A DNA stretch of 64,000 nucleotides from Elsinoe ampelina. Taxonomy: Eukaryota. The position numbers and the translations under genes were made by a program. Position 1 is the first letter of the stretch. Each line of letters starts with the position of its first letter. Where the stretch lies: positions 1,175,868 to 1,239,867 of the forward strand of contig ML992507.1 in assembly GCA_010093995.1 (NCBI GenBank), written 5' to 3'. Under the pieces are notes generated by a model, which was not told the DNA's origin, did not search any database, and worked only from the letters and a program-made list of their open reading frames with translations. Positions 45,864 to 57,250 of the stretch are shown here, piece after piece.

Positions 45864-48465
45864 TCATCCACCTCTCCCCTGCATGACTGCGGGTGGGAAA
45901 AGTCTTTGCGCCCCTTCGATCATCATCTCAATGTCCCCCATGCCCGTCGTCTCTAGACTCTGCATCAACTCCATCTGCTGATTCAGATTTAGCCCGAAGC
46001 CTTGCATGTCGTTACTCGTTTGGTTCCAGAAGTTGGGATCCAAGAACTCGTTCGCGGACTGTTGCAGGGATTGATTCGTCCCGCGTGTCGTCAGCGGGTA
46101 GCCGAAGTCGTAGGATTGAGGAGGTGGGTAAGTCGTTGGCGGCTGGGCCTGCTGGTATTGTTGTGGCATGATGTAGGGGTCGTAGGGCTGGATGGTCGAA
46201 GGAGCGGGACGGTGGTATTGTGGTTGGGTCCAAGTCATGGCCATGTTATTGAAGTCGTTGGGAAGAGCTTGGAATTGGGATTGTGGGATGGGCAAGGTGT
46301 CGGAGATATTCGAGGAGGAGGGAATTGATTTCGTGGATTCAGGACTGTTGGTACTGGTGTATTGATATGAAGGGGAGGAGGTGGGAAGTTGAGATGGAGA
46401 GGTATGTGGTGGAGGTGTCATGCCGAGGTGATGAGGTATTGATGATGGCTGGGATACATCGGCTCGTTTCGCTGGATGATTAAAGTAGCCAAATGGCGGT
46501 GCTTGATCTGGCGTGCCTTGTGGTGGCAGGAAAGGTGGGCTGGTAGTCCGTGACCTCGAAAGACTATCTGTGGATGCGGCAAGTGGTGACGGCGCATCTG
46601 AAGGGGTGCCTGTCGATATTGGAACATCGCCGTCCTTGTCGTAAATCTTGAGAATCGCCTCGATGATGTGAATGTACAAGGCATGAGCAGAAGCTACACC
46701 AGGCCATCGATCTACGGCAATCAAGATGTTTTGCATGCCAGTCTGTAGAATCTGCTCGACCTCATGTCGAGGGTTCTGCTTTCTGACCTGTTCGTACGAG
46801 AGTGACCACAACATGGTGTTGATGGCCATGAAAATAGCTTGTGTGAAGATCCAAGTCAGATCAACGTTCTTCCGCTTGATCTGTTCCCTGGTCATGAAAA
46901 TGTTGTATTTGGCAGCATCAAAACATTTGATGGCTCCAGTGAGAGACGGTTTCGGTATTTGTGGTGAAGGCCGGTATAGAAAGGCAATCATGGTGTTATA
47001 CCTTCCAATGAACCATGCTTTGTCGAGACCAATGCCCTGATCATTGTCTGGAGCCTTGTCTCGCCATTCGTCCATTCTGCGTAGCATGTCTGTGAACCAC
47101 GGGTCTTGGTCATCCTTTGGACTTGGTCGCTTTCTGAGGTATAATTTCCGCCTGATCTCCAGTTGCAGCAATCGCATGGTGAAGAAGTGCTGGGCGATCC
47201 ATTTCTTCAATATGATCGGCGCCCCTTGCGGAGGTGGACCTTCTCGTGTGATGTAGTAGTCGTCACACATGTAGAAGAAGTTGACATCGAACTGTTCTCG
47301 ACCCATCGCGAGAGACACTGGACGACCGAGCGCATGTGCCAGACCAGCCTCCATGGTGAAGATACACCAAAACAGTCGTCGCCTCATGTCAACCTCCAAA
47401 GGATTCAAGGGTCTGCCTCCTTCACCACGAGTGATGGATGCTTCTTCATGAATACCCAGAGCTTGTACGAGACGCACAGCAATGCCAACGACGTAGTAGA
47501 TAGCTGTCCTCGTGGGTGTGAGCAAAGAGTATTCGGCTACCAAAGCAAAGGCTTGAAGAGTCCTTAGGTCCATTCGTTTCACAACAGCCTCCATGTACTT
47601 CAGAGCAGCCAGATAGTAGCTATCGGCAAGACCAGCATATTGCGTATCCATCTTCTGAAGGCTGATAGCTATCATCATCCGTGTAACAAAGTGCTGGAAG
47701 GGATCTGCGTTACCACTCTGAGCTGCCTCGATATCCGCAGCCAAGGTCGGTTCGTGTAGCGCTGGATACATGGGCTGGACCTTGAGACAGTATAGCTGAT
47801 ATAGCAGATGCACCAAGTCTTTGTTTGGGAGATCCTCAGCGGCCACACTTGATATGAGCGGGTATACCTTTGACGTGGGCTTCGCAGCTTCGACCGCGTA
47901 CATCTCCTGCGCCTGTCTTGCTCTTGCGTCCGGGACGATTTCCTTTATCGTTTTCGAGTCGGTGAATTGCTTCGCCAGCTGCATGACCAGTCTCGTAATT
48001 TGCGTTCCGCTCGAAGGTCCCAAATACTTTGTCTCGTCCACATCTTGCAGCTTGACCGCAGCTCCACTTCGCATCATGAGCTCAGGATCCTCAGTCACAT
48101 CTTCATTCTCCAATCGATCGATCTCTTTCTCGAGGTCGTTGACTCGATTTTGCAGCCATACAACATAGTCGCGCTTGATATTGCATCGCTTACTTGGATC
48201 CCAGTACTCGCAGACGGCGTTTGTCCTTTCGCAAGGTCCACAACGTGGCAGACCTGGATCGCATCTTGTTTTCCTCTGTATCTCTGATCAGTTGCTTGTC
48301 CCGGTCGGTTTTTGCGTTCCGTACCTGGCGACACCTTGTACAAGCTGTCAGAGTATGAGCTACTCTTGTGGAGCTGCTGTCTTCGCTAGACTTTTGTCGG
48401 TTCAGAGGGGTCTTGTCATTCGTACTTTCGCCATTGGCTGGCGAGGAGTTCCCTCCTCCATTCAT
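45864..48465 (-). CDS. Zn(II)2Cys6 transcription factor with fungal-specific TF domain (Ppr1/UaY-like), 2 exons: 48465-48325, 48275-45864
   Basis: CTRCRQ|RKTRCDPGLPRCGPCERTNAVC across a 49-nt intron; YLGPSSG; DMRRRLFWC...ALGRP middle homology region; Q/P-rich tail. Confidence 0.92.
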
Positions 48466-49915
48466 CGTGGACTCGCTCACGAGCTACGATGTGTGCGCGG
48501 CTGTCTTGTCCTGTCTGGTTGTCATCGGACCTGGCCGCATGGCGCTGAGCAGCTGGTTGGTAAGGATGGCCTATCTTGTCGACGGAGCCCTGACGTGCAT
48601 GATTTGGTGGGAGGAACAGCGAGCAGAGTATCAGTGGCTATCCGAACACGGGAGGAGAGACTCGTCAAAGAGCAATGCTCGGGATATGTGAGCACATGCG
48701 GCCTTGCCCCGCAGCAGTACAGAGCGCAAAAAGTGCAACAAAATGTGGCACACAGCAGGAGTTAGGATACCGGACAAGGTTGGGCCCGAGACAAGACACA
48801 AGGGATGCTCGTTCGACTCGTTGCTGCCAAACACAGTCGAGTGCCGAGGCTGCATTCCCGGCACAAAGGACGGCACCAGCTAGGAGAAGGATTGCAAATA
48901 ACAGCTCCAGGCCCGGGAGCACAGGGCCACAGGCATGAATTGCAGCGTGGAGGTGTTCCGATGCGGCGCGGGTAGAGCCAAATTAACTTACTTTGCTGCA
49001 ACAGATACAGCACTCCACAGACAAGGTTTAGGTGGGACGAGCAAATTCAGATCGCAAATCCCTGTACCTACGGTAAGCTGACGGTGTAGGCGGATAAATG
49101 GCCGCCATGAATGACGAGGCTGCGACCAATCCAACCACCTACATGTCGTCAACAATGTCCTGACAGGGCTACGGGGCGCTGTGGATACTGGACGATAGAC
49201 AGCATAACCGAGTCTCACACAGAGTCTAAAGCGAAAGAAGCACAAGAGGAGCATCAAAGTTTGACGGGTCAACGCCAATAGATGCCCCGGGACCGCGTCA
49301 AAAGGTCCCAGAGAAAACCAGAGGGGCTCTGGCTATGTCGTGGCTCCTTTTCGGTGGTGCTGGGCGCGTTCCCGTTGTTCGTTTTAGTGCGTGGACACAC
49401 AATCAGCGATACAGAGCAGATACCCTTTCCGCTCTCCCGTCAGCCCACGAGAGCTACTCGGGCAAGCTGATGTGGCGTGGAACTGTCCAACGGCACTTTC
49501 ATTCCTCCCCTTACCCTCTGACAATCATTTCTGAAAGACGATCATCAGGCACTCCGAGAAAAGGCAAAGAGTCCGTACAACCACAAGGCAAGAACAGGAG
49601 TTCCCAGAAGCACGAACACGGCAGCCCCTCCCTTTGCTTGGCCGCCGATCCAACAGCTTCTCGCCCTTTAGCATCCACCAAACGAAGGTATGAAACGTTC
49701 CTTATTTCCCACATGCTATTCCACAAACCGGTGGCCCTGCATCCTGTGGGAGCCGCAAAGGCTCGAGCGCACTGTTGGCAGGCACGTCTTCGTACTCTGT
49801 CACTGATTGTGATCGAGCCTCTTCCGCAAGCTCCAAGCTGGACGATACCAGCCACCGACTTGACATCTGACGTATCTCACAATCTGTGCTTATTACATGA
49901 CCGCTGACATGAGGC

Positions 49916-52245
49916 ATGGCAGCTCAAAGATTCAAGTCGGGTACGGGTTTAATGGTTCTGGAGACGCCACTCCTCAAAGTCAGCAGGCCGGTGGCGGCGT
50001 GCTCGAGATGCAGAGCTGCAAAGATCAAATGCGACGGCAAGCTGCCTGCATGTTCCGCCTGTGAGAAGACGGGCAAATCAGCAGAATGCGCCAGCGCAAA
50101 TGATAACTTTGCGCGAGGCAAGGAACGCAGCTATGTCTCGACACTGGAAACGAGGATCGAGAAGCTGGAGAGACGCCTGCGCGAAGTTCAGCAGCGGAAA
50201 TCATCGGTCATCAGTATGAGTGAGATCGACACCGAGCAAGCACGAGCCGGTGCACAAGCATTGCGAGAAACGACACATCCTGCAAAGAATCAAAGGGCGG
50301 CAAAGAGGAAAGAAGCACGTGACATTGACGAATTGGTGTCTGATTTTGGCTACCTGTAAGTACAAGACAACAGTTTCCAGATCTCCTCCATTAATGACTC
50401 CAAAGTACCGTTAATGCCTCGGCGAGAGATTATCATGGCTTCAGCTCATTCATGTCATATGCACGACTCATACTTTCAGCTTGTTCAAAGGATCGACTTC
50501 CTGTTGGCATGCGGGTTTCATATCCGCCTCGACAGACCGCCACAGTCACTGTCCAGCACTACCTCGACAACATGTATACATTACTGCCCTTTTTCGACGA
50601 GACGAGCTTATACTACTCCATCGACAGCGTTTATCGCTCGCTAGAAGACCCGAATGTTCAGCCTAGCCATTTCGATCAGTGGCAAGTGCGGATGATACTG
50701 GGCATAACAAATGCCTTCATCTCTGAGCAAAGAGGCGATCAATATTATCTGGAAGGTGTTGCTCATGTCGGCGCTGCCCTGGACCTGGCCGAGCATGTCC
50801 TTAAGCCAGGCACTATCCAGAGCGTCCAGGCTCTTCTATTCCTAGTGGAGTATGCACTTATGGACCCGCATCATTTCGACGCTTGGAGCTTAATTGGAGC
50901 CGCATCACGGGCGATGATCGATCTCGGGCTACACCAAGATCCACCAAAAGGCAGTATTCCATCCAAAGCGAAGCTCGAACTACGACGAAGGGTCTTCCAA
51001 TGTGTCTATGTGCTTGACCGGTCTTCGGCGATAGTCCAAACCAGGGTATTCTCCTTCTCCGATGATTCTGCGAACGTCATGAATCCATTCAGCAAATCGC
51101 AAACGCCTCAAACAACTTCTACCTCTCAGCGTTGGCTCAAGACGTTTGACCATGCGATGGACCTGGTAGCTCTGCGTCAGATACAGTCAAAGTGGTACTA
51201 TGACATCTTCCAATCCGGTAGAGAACAGTGGGGCGAGCCGTATCCTTATATCTGGCAGACCTATCACAGCATGACTTCATGGTTCAACAGTATCTCACCA
51301 AACACGACAGAGCCTATCCGGGCCTTCTTTGAGCTGGAACTTTTGTATTCTTACATTTACATACTGGGCTCCTCGCCTCGTGTGCACAAACCTGCACCGT
51401 ATTCTCAGACATTGCTCTTCGAGCACTGCATATCCTACGCCAATCTGCTGACTCAATTGCTCAACAATCCGAAACATCTTGCTCCAGTGAGCTTTGACGA
51501 CAACATGCGAGCATACATGACAGGTATGCAGCTCCTCGATGTGCTCGTGAAGCACCGCGATCAACTGATCTCGGGCGTCTCCCCAGAACCACCTCATCTG
51601 CCACCCGGGTCAGCTCCGGCACCTACCCTCCCGAACCTCCAGACCGAGCCGAATGTCAACTTACTACGGACTATCAACGCCATCAATCAGATCTCCGAGG
51701 CGTTGAAGGTCTTTGGCCTTCGATGGGGTTTCAACAATTGGAAAGACGACTTTGAACGAGCTGTTGAACCCATGCTCAAAGCTCTGAACTCGAGGTTGTG
51801 GGAACTCGATCACAATAACGTCGACTCGCATCGTCGACCTTCTCACGTCCTCCACGGTTCTTCCGGATCCATCGTCACTGTCGAAAATTTGAGCAGGCAC
51901 TCATCACAAACATCGACGCATCCAGGCTACGCTCCTTCCATGTCCGGGCAGCAGCTCCGGGCCATGCGGTCATCGTCGGCAGGTATCTATGCTCCCCTCC
52001 CGTACGGCATGCAGGATAGCCCGCCGTACTCATCTGTGCCGATGGGACCACCTATGGGCAACTCTCCCCCTTCAGCGCAGCAATCGCCGCCGACCCAGCA
52101 ACCGCCCTTCGCTGCCCCACCACCTCCTTCGAACTATGAAGATCCGAGTAGACAATTCGCTAGCTGGTCGGGATTGACTTCAGCTGATGGTCGGCACCAG
52201 TCTCTACAAGTTGGATCCCCCGGCAGACTGCCGCCACAGCAGTAG
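49916..52245 (+). CDS. Zn(II)2Cys6 transcription factor with fungal-specific TF domain (Ppr1/Stb5-like), 2 exons: 49916-50355, 50406-52245
   Basis: CSRCRAAKIKCDGKLPACSACEKTGKSAEC; RSYVSTLETRIEKLE coiled coil; IDLGLHQD...ELRRRVFQCVYVLDR. The 50-nt intron GTAAG...AAG restores the frame. Confidence 0.92.
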
Positions 52246-53666
52246 TCTCGATACTTGGCACGAGGATATGTCTGTACGAATGTATGGGAATCGTGAATGA
52301 TGGGAAGGGGACCAGCGCAGTGTCAGTCAATCTGTAGAGTCTCGACGCGGCAAGAGCTGCTATTGAGCTGTTGCGAAGAGTACACCAGTTGTGCACAGTG
52401 AAGGGAAGCCGAGGCGGCAGAAAAGTTGTTGAGAAGAACAAGGCGCATGTGCGTCGGCCTCAACAGCACTTCCAACACATTGCTATACATCACAGCGCTT
52501 CTTTGTGCTTCTCCCGTCACTAGGACAGTCAGGTATGCAGTCCCTGAGAATGGACACGGCCGATTGCCCGAGACTGCCACTCCACGTGAACATGCTTCTT
52601 CGACTACTGAAAGACAAAATCATCGTTCCCGACGAACAAGCCGGTACACGTCCCGTTCGAAAGAGGTTACAGGCTTACAGCCCAGGCTACAGTATGAAGG
52701 CATCAGACAGGATCGTGGCGGTGCAAGTATGTGGCTTCGACCTGTGGCGCTTTCTTCTCGCGCTTGCGAGGTCAAGCGAAGAAGGAAAAAGCAGATGCCT
52801 GAACAGAAAGAAAGTTACGCAAGGCTCGACAAGCCCAATCGTCATGTACACATGTTTTCCCGATGCTAGTCATGAAGCAGTGCAAATTCCGACGATCGCC
52901 TTCGAGAAACCTGTTTGATGCCCCGCTATCATCCACGATCGAGCCGTCCGGTCCAAAACACCCTCCAGACCGTCGATCACCGCCACTCGACATGCCAACT
53001 TCCGCCTATCGAACCCTTCATCCTTCCAACACGGCCAAAGCCACAGATCTACTCGCTGTCCAGGACCAATTCTTCCGCCCTGCGCCACACGATCGACCAC
53101 CATGCAGCAGTCCGTCCCTGGCCCTCTCCACCTTTTCCTCCACGTTCGCTGTCAGGACAGGCGGTGATAGGGTCGATATGAGCAAGCCACGCATGTCCCG
53201 TCGACCAAGTCGCTTGGAGTCTGCCGGAGCGACTGGAGTCAATTGCCTGATATGCTGTCGTTCCCGTCTCTTGTCTGTTGGCCGACTGCCGTGACCCTGC
53301 ATCGGGTGGGGGACGAGTGACTGCGTGCGTGATCCCGGACAAAGGTTGGTGGTACCTGAGGTTTAGTATAGAAGGTCGCTTTTGGTCCTTGCTCGTTGTT
53401 CTTGGTTTTGTTCCCTTAGGCATTGGTGCTTGAATACCTCAGTATTTCTTAGCCCGGCATATACCAAGCTCAGTCTATGCATTGGATCAACATGTGCTGT
53501 CGGTAGCCCCATTTGAATCAACCTCAACACCAGTTCACCTCGACCCAGCCATCTATTGGAACCGTGAGCCAGCTCAGGCACCGACCGGAATTGTATAGCA
53601 GGCAAAGTTGCTGCAATAGACCACAACAATTGATCGGATTGTCCGGGCGTCAGAATCGTCTCAACC

Positions 53667-55745
53667 ATGGATCAGCTCTTACAAGGCGCCAAGTCGATCC
53701 TCGACTCGGTGTACCCAGAGATCTCCTCCATCGCAACATTCAGCATTCCAACCACCGTAGTGATTGATGGCTCTACATACCGGATACCGGCCATTGCGCT
53801 ACCGACGCCTTCGACCACAAGTAGCTCTTCGTCGTCCTCGTCGGGCTCATCCTCGACACCATCATCCACATCTTCGAGAGCTTCCTCTACCAGCTCGGCT
53901 CAAATAACCACCCCAGCTCCAGCTCAGACTTCTCTCGACCTGAACCGGACCCCAACTTCTTCACCACAAGCGCCGACGGGCACAAATGCCGGTCACAGTC
54001 CTGACCGTCGTCTGGGCATCATCTTGGGAGTCACTCTGTCCTTGCTCGCCATCCTCATCGCGATTGGTGTCATATGGTTCGCCTACCGCCGCAAGAAGCG
54101 CACAGGGTACTGGCTCAAGCACAAGCCCCCTCCAAGCGATGAAGAGGTGGACACGTGGCGAGATGAGAAGGGCGTCAAGGAGAAGCCAACATCCAGCTTC
54201 TTCGTTCGTCCCCTCAACCACACTTCGCATATCTGGTCCGAGCACGGCGCAAGCAATCGCTACCAACCCATCACGAACTCGGCTCCTCACATGGCAAGCG
54301 TCGAACCTGTCAAGCCGGGCAGCGCGGGCAAAGGTGATCCCTGGACCGGCGCTTCTGGTCTTCCTGGTGGTACAGGCGCTACCCGCATCAGCGAGCGCGA
54401 AGTCGCCCCCGATGGTAGCAGTGTGCCACTCATGGCCGGAGCTGCTGGCGCCGCGACAGGTGCAGCAGCAGCAGGGGCAGCAGCAGGGGCAGCAGCAGTC
54501 GGGACCACAAACTCCACCTCACCTACGAACGGAGCGCCTCTCAATTCTAACCCCAACCCCTTCTCCACATCACCACCCAAGTCGTCCCCACTAAGCCAAC
54601 CACCAATCAACGCCCCCTCGCCCTCTCCACCACCCATGCCCACCGAGATCCCAGCCGACCACTCCCACACCGTCTCCCGCACTGCCGCAGCCGCAGGCCT
54701 AGGCGGTCTCGCCGGCCTCGCCGCCGCCCGCCACGCCCGCAAATCCTCCTCTCACAGTCGCAGCCGCAGCCGCGGTCACCCCCGCCCCAGCACCGAGAAC
54801 ACGCACCCCGCCTTCCGCCCTTCCCTCGACAACCCGGACAACAACCACTCCTCCTCCGACTCCTACCACACTCCCCCCGAAGACCTCGCGGCCGAAATGA
54901 CCGTCAACGACGGGCCCTACGCCCGCGCCCGCCGCGCCAGCTGGGGCGAAAAGCGACACAGCTGGAGCCACCGGCGGTCCTCAGGAGGCGACATACCTGC
55001 GGAAGTATCCTGGCGGCAAAGCCGGGACATGGAGATCGCGCCTGTGCCCGACCCCTACACATCCGCCGGCGGGACACGCAGAAGCTGGGGCGAACGCACC
55101 GGCCTCGACACCTCCCGCACCCAAGAAGGCGAACGCAACCGGCCCCCAACACCACTCATGCACGCCTTCTTCGGCAAAGGCCACGCCAAAACCACCGACG
55201 CCACCCCCGACGCCGCAGCAGCAGCAGCAGGCACAGCCCAAGGCGCAGACGAGCCCTTCCTCCCTCGTCAACAACCCCGCGGCCGCTCCGACACCGTCAG
55301 CACCCGCCGCGGCACCATCTCCCGCAAACCCGTCCCCGCGCCCATCCAAACCAACCTGCCCCAAGAACGGCCCGTGAGCAACCCCTTCGTGAGCCCAGCG
55401 GATGACTACGCGGAGCACTCCCCCGGCCCCTACGGCGGGAGCCCGGTGTACGCCGCCAACCGTCACAGCAGCGGGATGTATACGAGGGGTGACTACGAAG
55501 AAGATTACGGTCCCGCGCCGCTGGTGCCGACGCGGAGTCCGCAGAGGGGGTCGAGGGAGTGGACCCCGACGCGCAGGGAGAGTCCCAGGGTGCATTACCC
55601 TTCCGGACAGGAGGTGGGCATGTTTGATTTTGGGTTGACGAGGGAGGAGTTGAGGGGTTTGAGGGAGGCCGGGGGGAGGGGGAGTATGGATGGGCCTGGG
55701 GGAGAGGGGAGGACGTGGAGTTTTGAGAGGGGGGAGGGGGTTTGA
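53667..55745 (+). CDS. Single-pass membrane protein with Ser/Thr-rich N-terminal region and long disordered tail (Mid2/Wsc-like architecture)
   Basis: Poly-Ser/Thr tract, TM segment LGIILGVTLSLLAILIAIGVIWFAY followed by RRKKR, then a ~550-aa Pro/Ser/Arg-rich tail; start context aaccATGg. Confidence 0.75.
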   Translation: MDQLLQGAKSILDSVYPEISSIATFSIPTTVVIDGSTYRIPAIALPTPSTTSSSSSSSSGSSSTPSSTSSRASSTSSAQITTPAPAQTSLDLNRTPTSSPQAPTGTNAGHSPDRRLGIILGVTLSLLAILIAIGVIWFAYRRKKRTGYWLKHKPPPSDEEVDTWRDEKGVKEKPTSSFFVRPLNHTSHIWSEHGASNRYQPITNSAPHMASVEPVKPGSAGKGDPWTGASGLPGGTGATRISEREVAPDGSSVPLMAGAAGAATGAAAAGAAAGAAAVGTTNSTSPTNGAPLNSNPNPFSTSPPKSSPLSQPPINAPSPSPPPMPTEIPADHSHTVSRTAAAAGLGGLAGLAAARHARKSSSHSRSRSRGHPRPSTENTHPAFRPSLDNPDNNHSSSDSYHTPPEDLAAEMTVNDGPYARARRASWGEKRHSWSHRRSSGGDIPAEVSWRQSRDMEIAPVPDPYTSAGGTRRSWGERTGLDTSRTQEGERNRPPTPLMHAFFGKGHAKTTDATPDAAAAAAGTAQGADEPFLPRQQPRGRSDTVSTRRGTISRKPVPAPIQTNLPQERPVSNPFVSPADDYAEHSPGPYGGSPVYAANRHSSGMYTRGDYEEDYGPAPLVPTRSPQRGSREWTPTRRESPRVHYPSGQEVGMFDFGLTREELRGLREAGGRGSMDGPGGEGRTWSFERGEGV

Positions 55746-56054
55746 TTGTGAGAGGTGAGGAGGGGCAGGGGAAAAGGGGAGGGATGATGTATATGATGTG
55801 ATGGATTTCTTTGTCTTTTTTTGATACCAGGTCTAGATACACAAACGAGTTTCACCAATGTCATCAAGCTTCGAAATCCAACCCAATGTCTTCTTTTTTC
55901 CCCCTCTGTTATCACATCTCGTGCATCTCCGAGCGAATCTTGAGCTGTCCCTGGCGACCTCGCAGGTTTGGATCTGCGCTGTAAGTCATGTATTATAGGA
56001 AAATCGACGTTGGTATTGTCTTCGAGGTTGTAGCCAGACGCTGGTAGAGTGGGG

Positions 56055-57017
56055 TCAGTTTGGTTGACCAATATTGACCCTCGTTCCCTCCCTCAGCAGG
56101 AGACGCCATCGATGGTCTGGCTCGAAGTAGGTCTCAATCGGGACCGATGGCATCGTCGCTGCCAAAGCCATTGCGACTAGATCGGCGTCGAGGTCGAGCA
56201 GAGAAGCCACTGCTTTTCCTTTTCGAGTGCGCTCTGTTTCAGAATCGTGCATGTCACCTTCATCGAGCGAGATCTCCAAGATCACCACCGCTACATGGTC
56301 GACGACAGTGGTTACATCATCTTCAAGGTTAATACCAGGTCTCGCGACGCCGAGCACGGCGTATGCTTGGGTATCTTGTCTGATGTCTCGATCCAAGATT
56401 AATACAAGCCTACCATCTTCCTGTGCTTCCCGCGGGGTTCGTGGCATACGCATAGGTTTGGGTGCGGCGTTTGCTCTGTAATTGATGAAGAATTTGAGAC
56501 CTGACCCCGGCAAACAGATGTGGATAAAATCATCGGAATAAGACGCTTTTGAGGCGCAACTTGGTGGCAAGACAAAGCCGGGCCTTCGAAAGACCAGTCC
56601 AGCCGAGGTTGCTTCAGCTAATGAACCTGAAGTGCGAACATCCCGTTCCGTGCCACCGGACGCCCCAGCAAGGATGGAGGTGCCCACTTGAAAGGGGCTG
56701 TGGTTATCCTGGGGCCAGATAGAAAGGTCAAGTCGACTGTTGAAGCGGGGTCCATATGTGAAGTTGCGCCAAAGAAGTGCCTGCTTGTCCAATCCACAGT
56801 ACCGTGGAAAATCAGAGAAAAGGGGTCGAAATCGGGGCACACGAGGTGTCAACGGTGCGAGATATATGAAAGAAGCATTGCCAGGCTGCTCGCTTGCCAT
56901 ATATTTGAAGAGCAATGCTCTCCACCTATCCCTGTCCATACTTTGACCGCCAGTGTTCGCCAGAACCGCCGCTGAAACGACGATGTCCGTGCAAGTGTTG
57001 CAGTCTAAGTGTTGCAC
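56055..57017 (-). pseudogene. Uncharacterised 320-codon ORF, possibly the 3' remnant of a larger gene
   Basis: Globular-looking composition; frame is open from GTG 57017 (first ATG 56939) and starts only ~230 nt after the stop of the upstream frameshifted gene. No recognisable motif. Confidence 0.35.
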
Positions 57018-57250
57018 AGGGTCGTGCTGGCGATTGTATCCAGTCCTGTTCAGAATGCAGCATTCATCCGATCACCAAGTTCAAGTGAGTCAGACGGCTT
57101 GGTTATTGAAAAGCGCCAATTGGTAGAGATATCATACTGCCATGCGTTCGGTGAAATGCGCGGTCGCCACAAGCGCACCATGCAGACCGTTCCCTTTATT
57201 AGAGCCACAGGCAGCGCAATGACCAGAGTCTCAGGTCTGAGGGCTCGCCA

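Noticed and set aside
52250..53660. Several 70-150 aa ORFs in a 1.4-kb gap (similar sets at 1700-2900, 29800-30800, 48600-49900)
   Set aside because: No motifs, mostly non-ATG starts and mutually overlapping; treated as UTR or promoter DNA.
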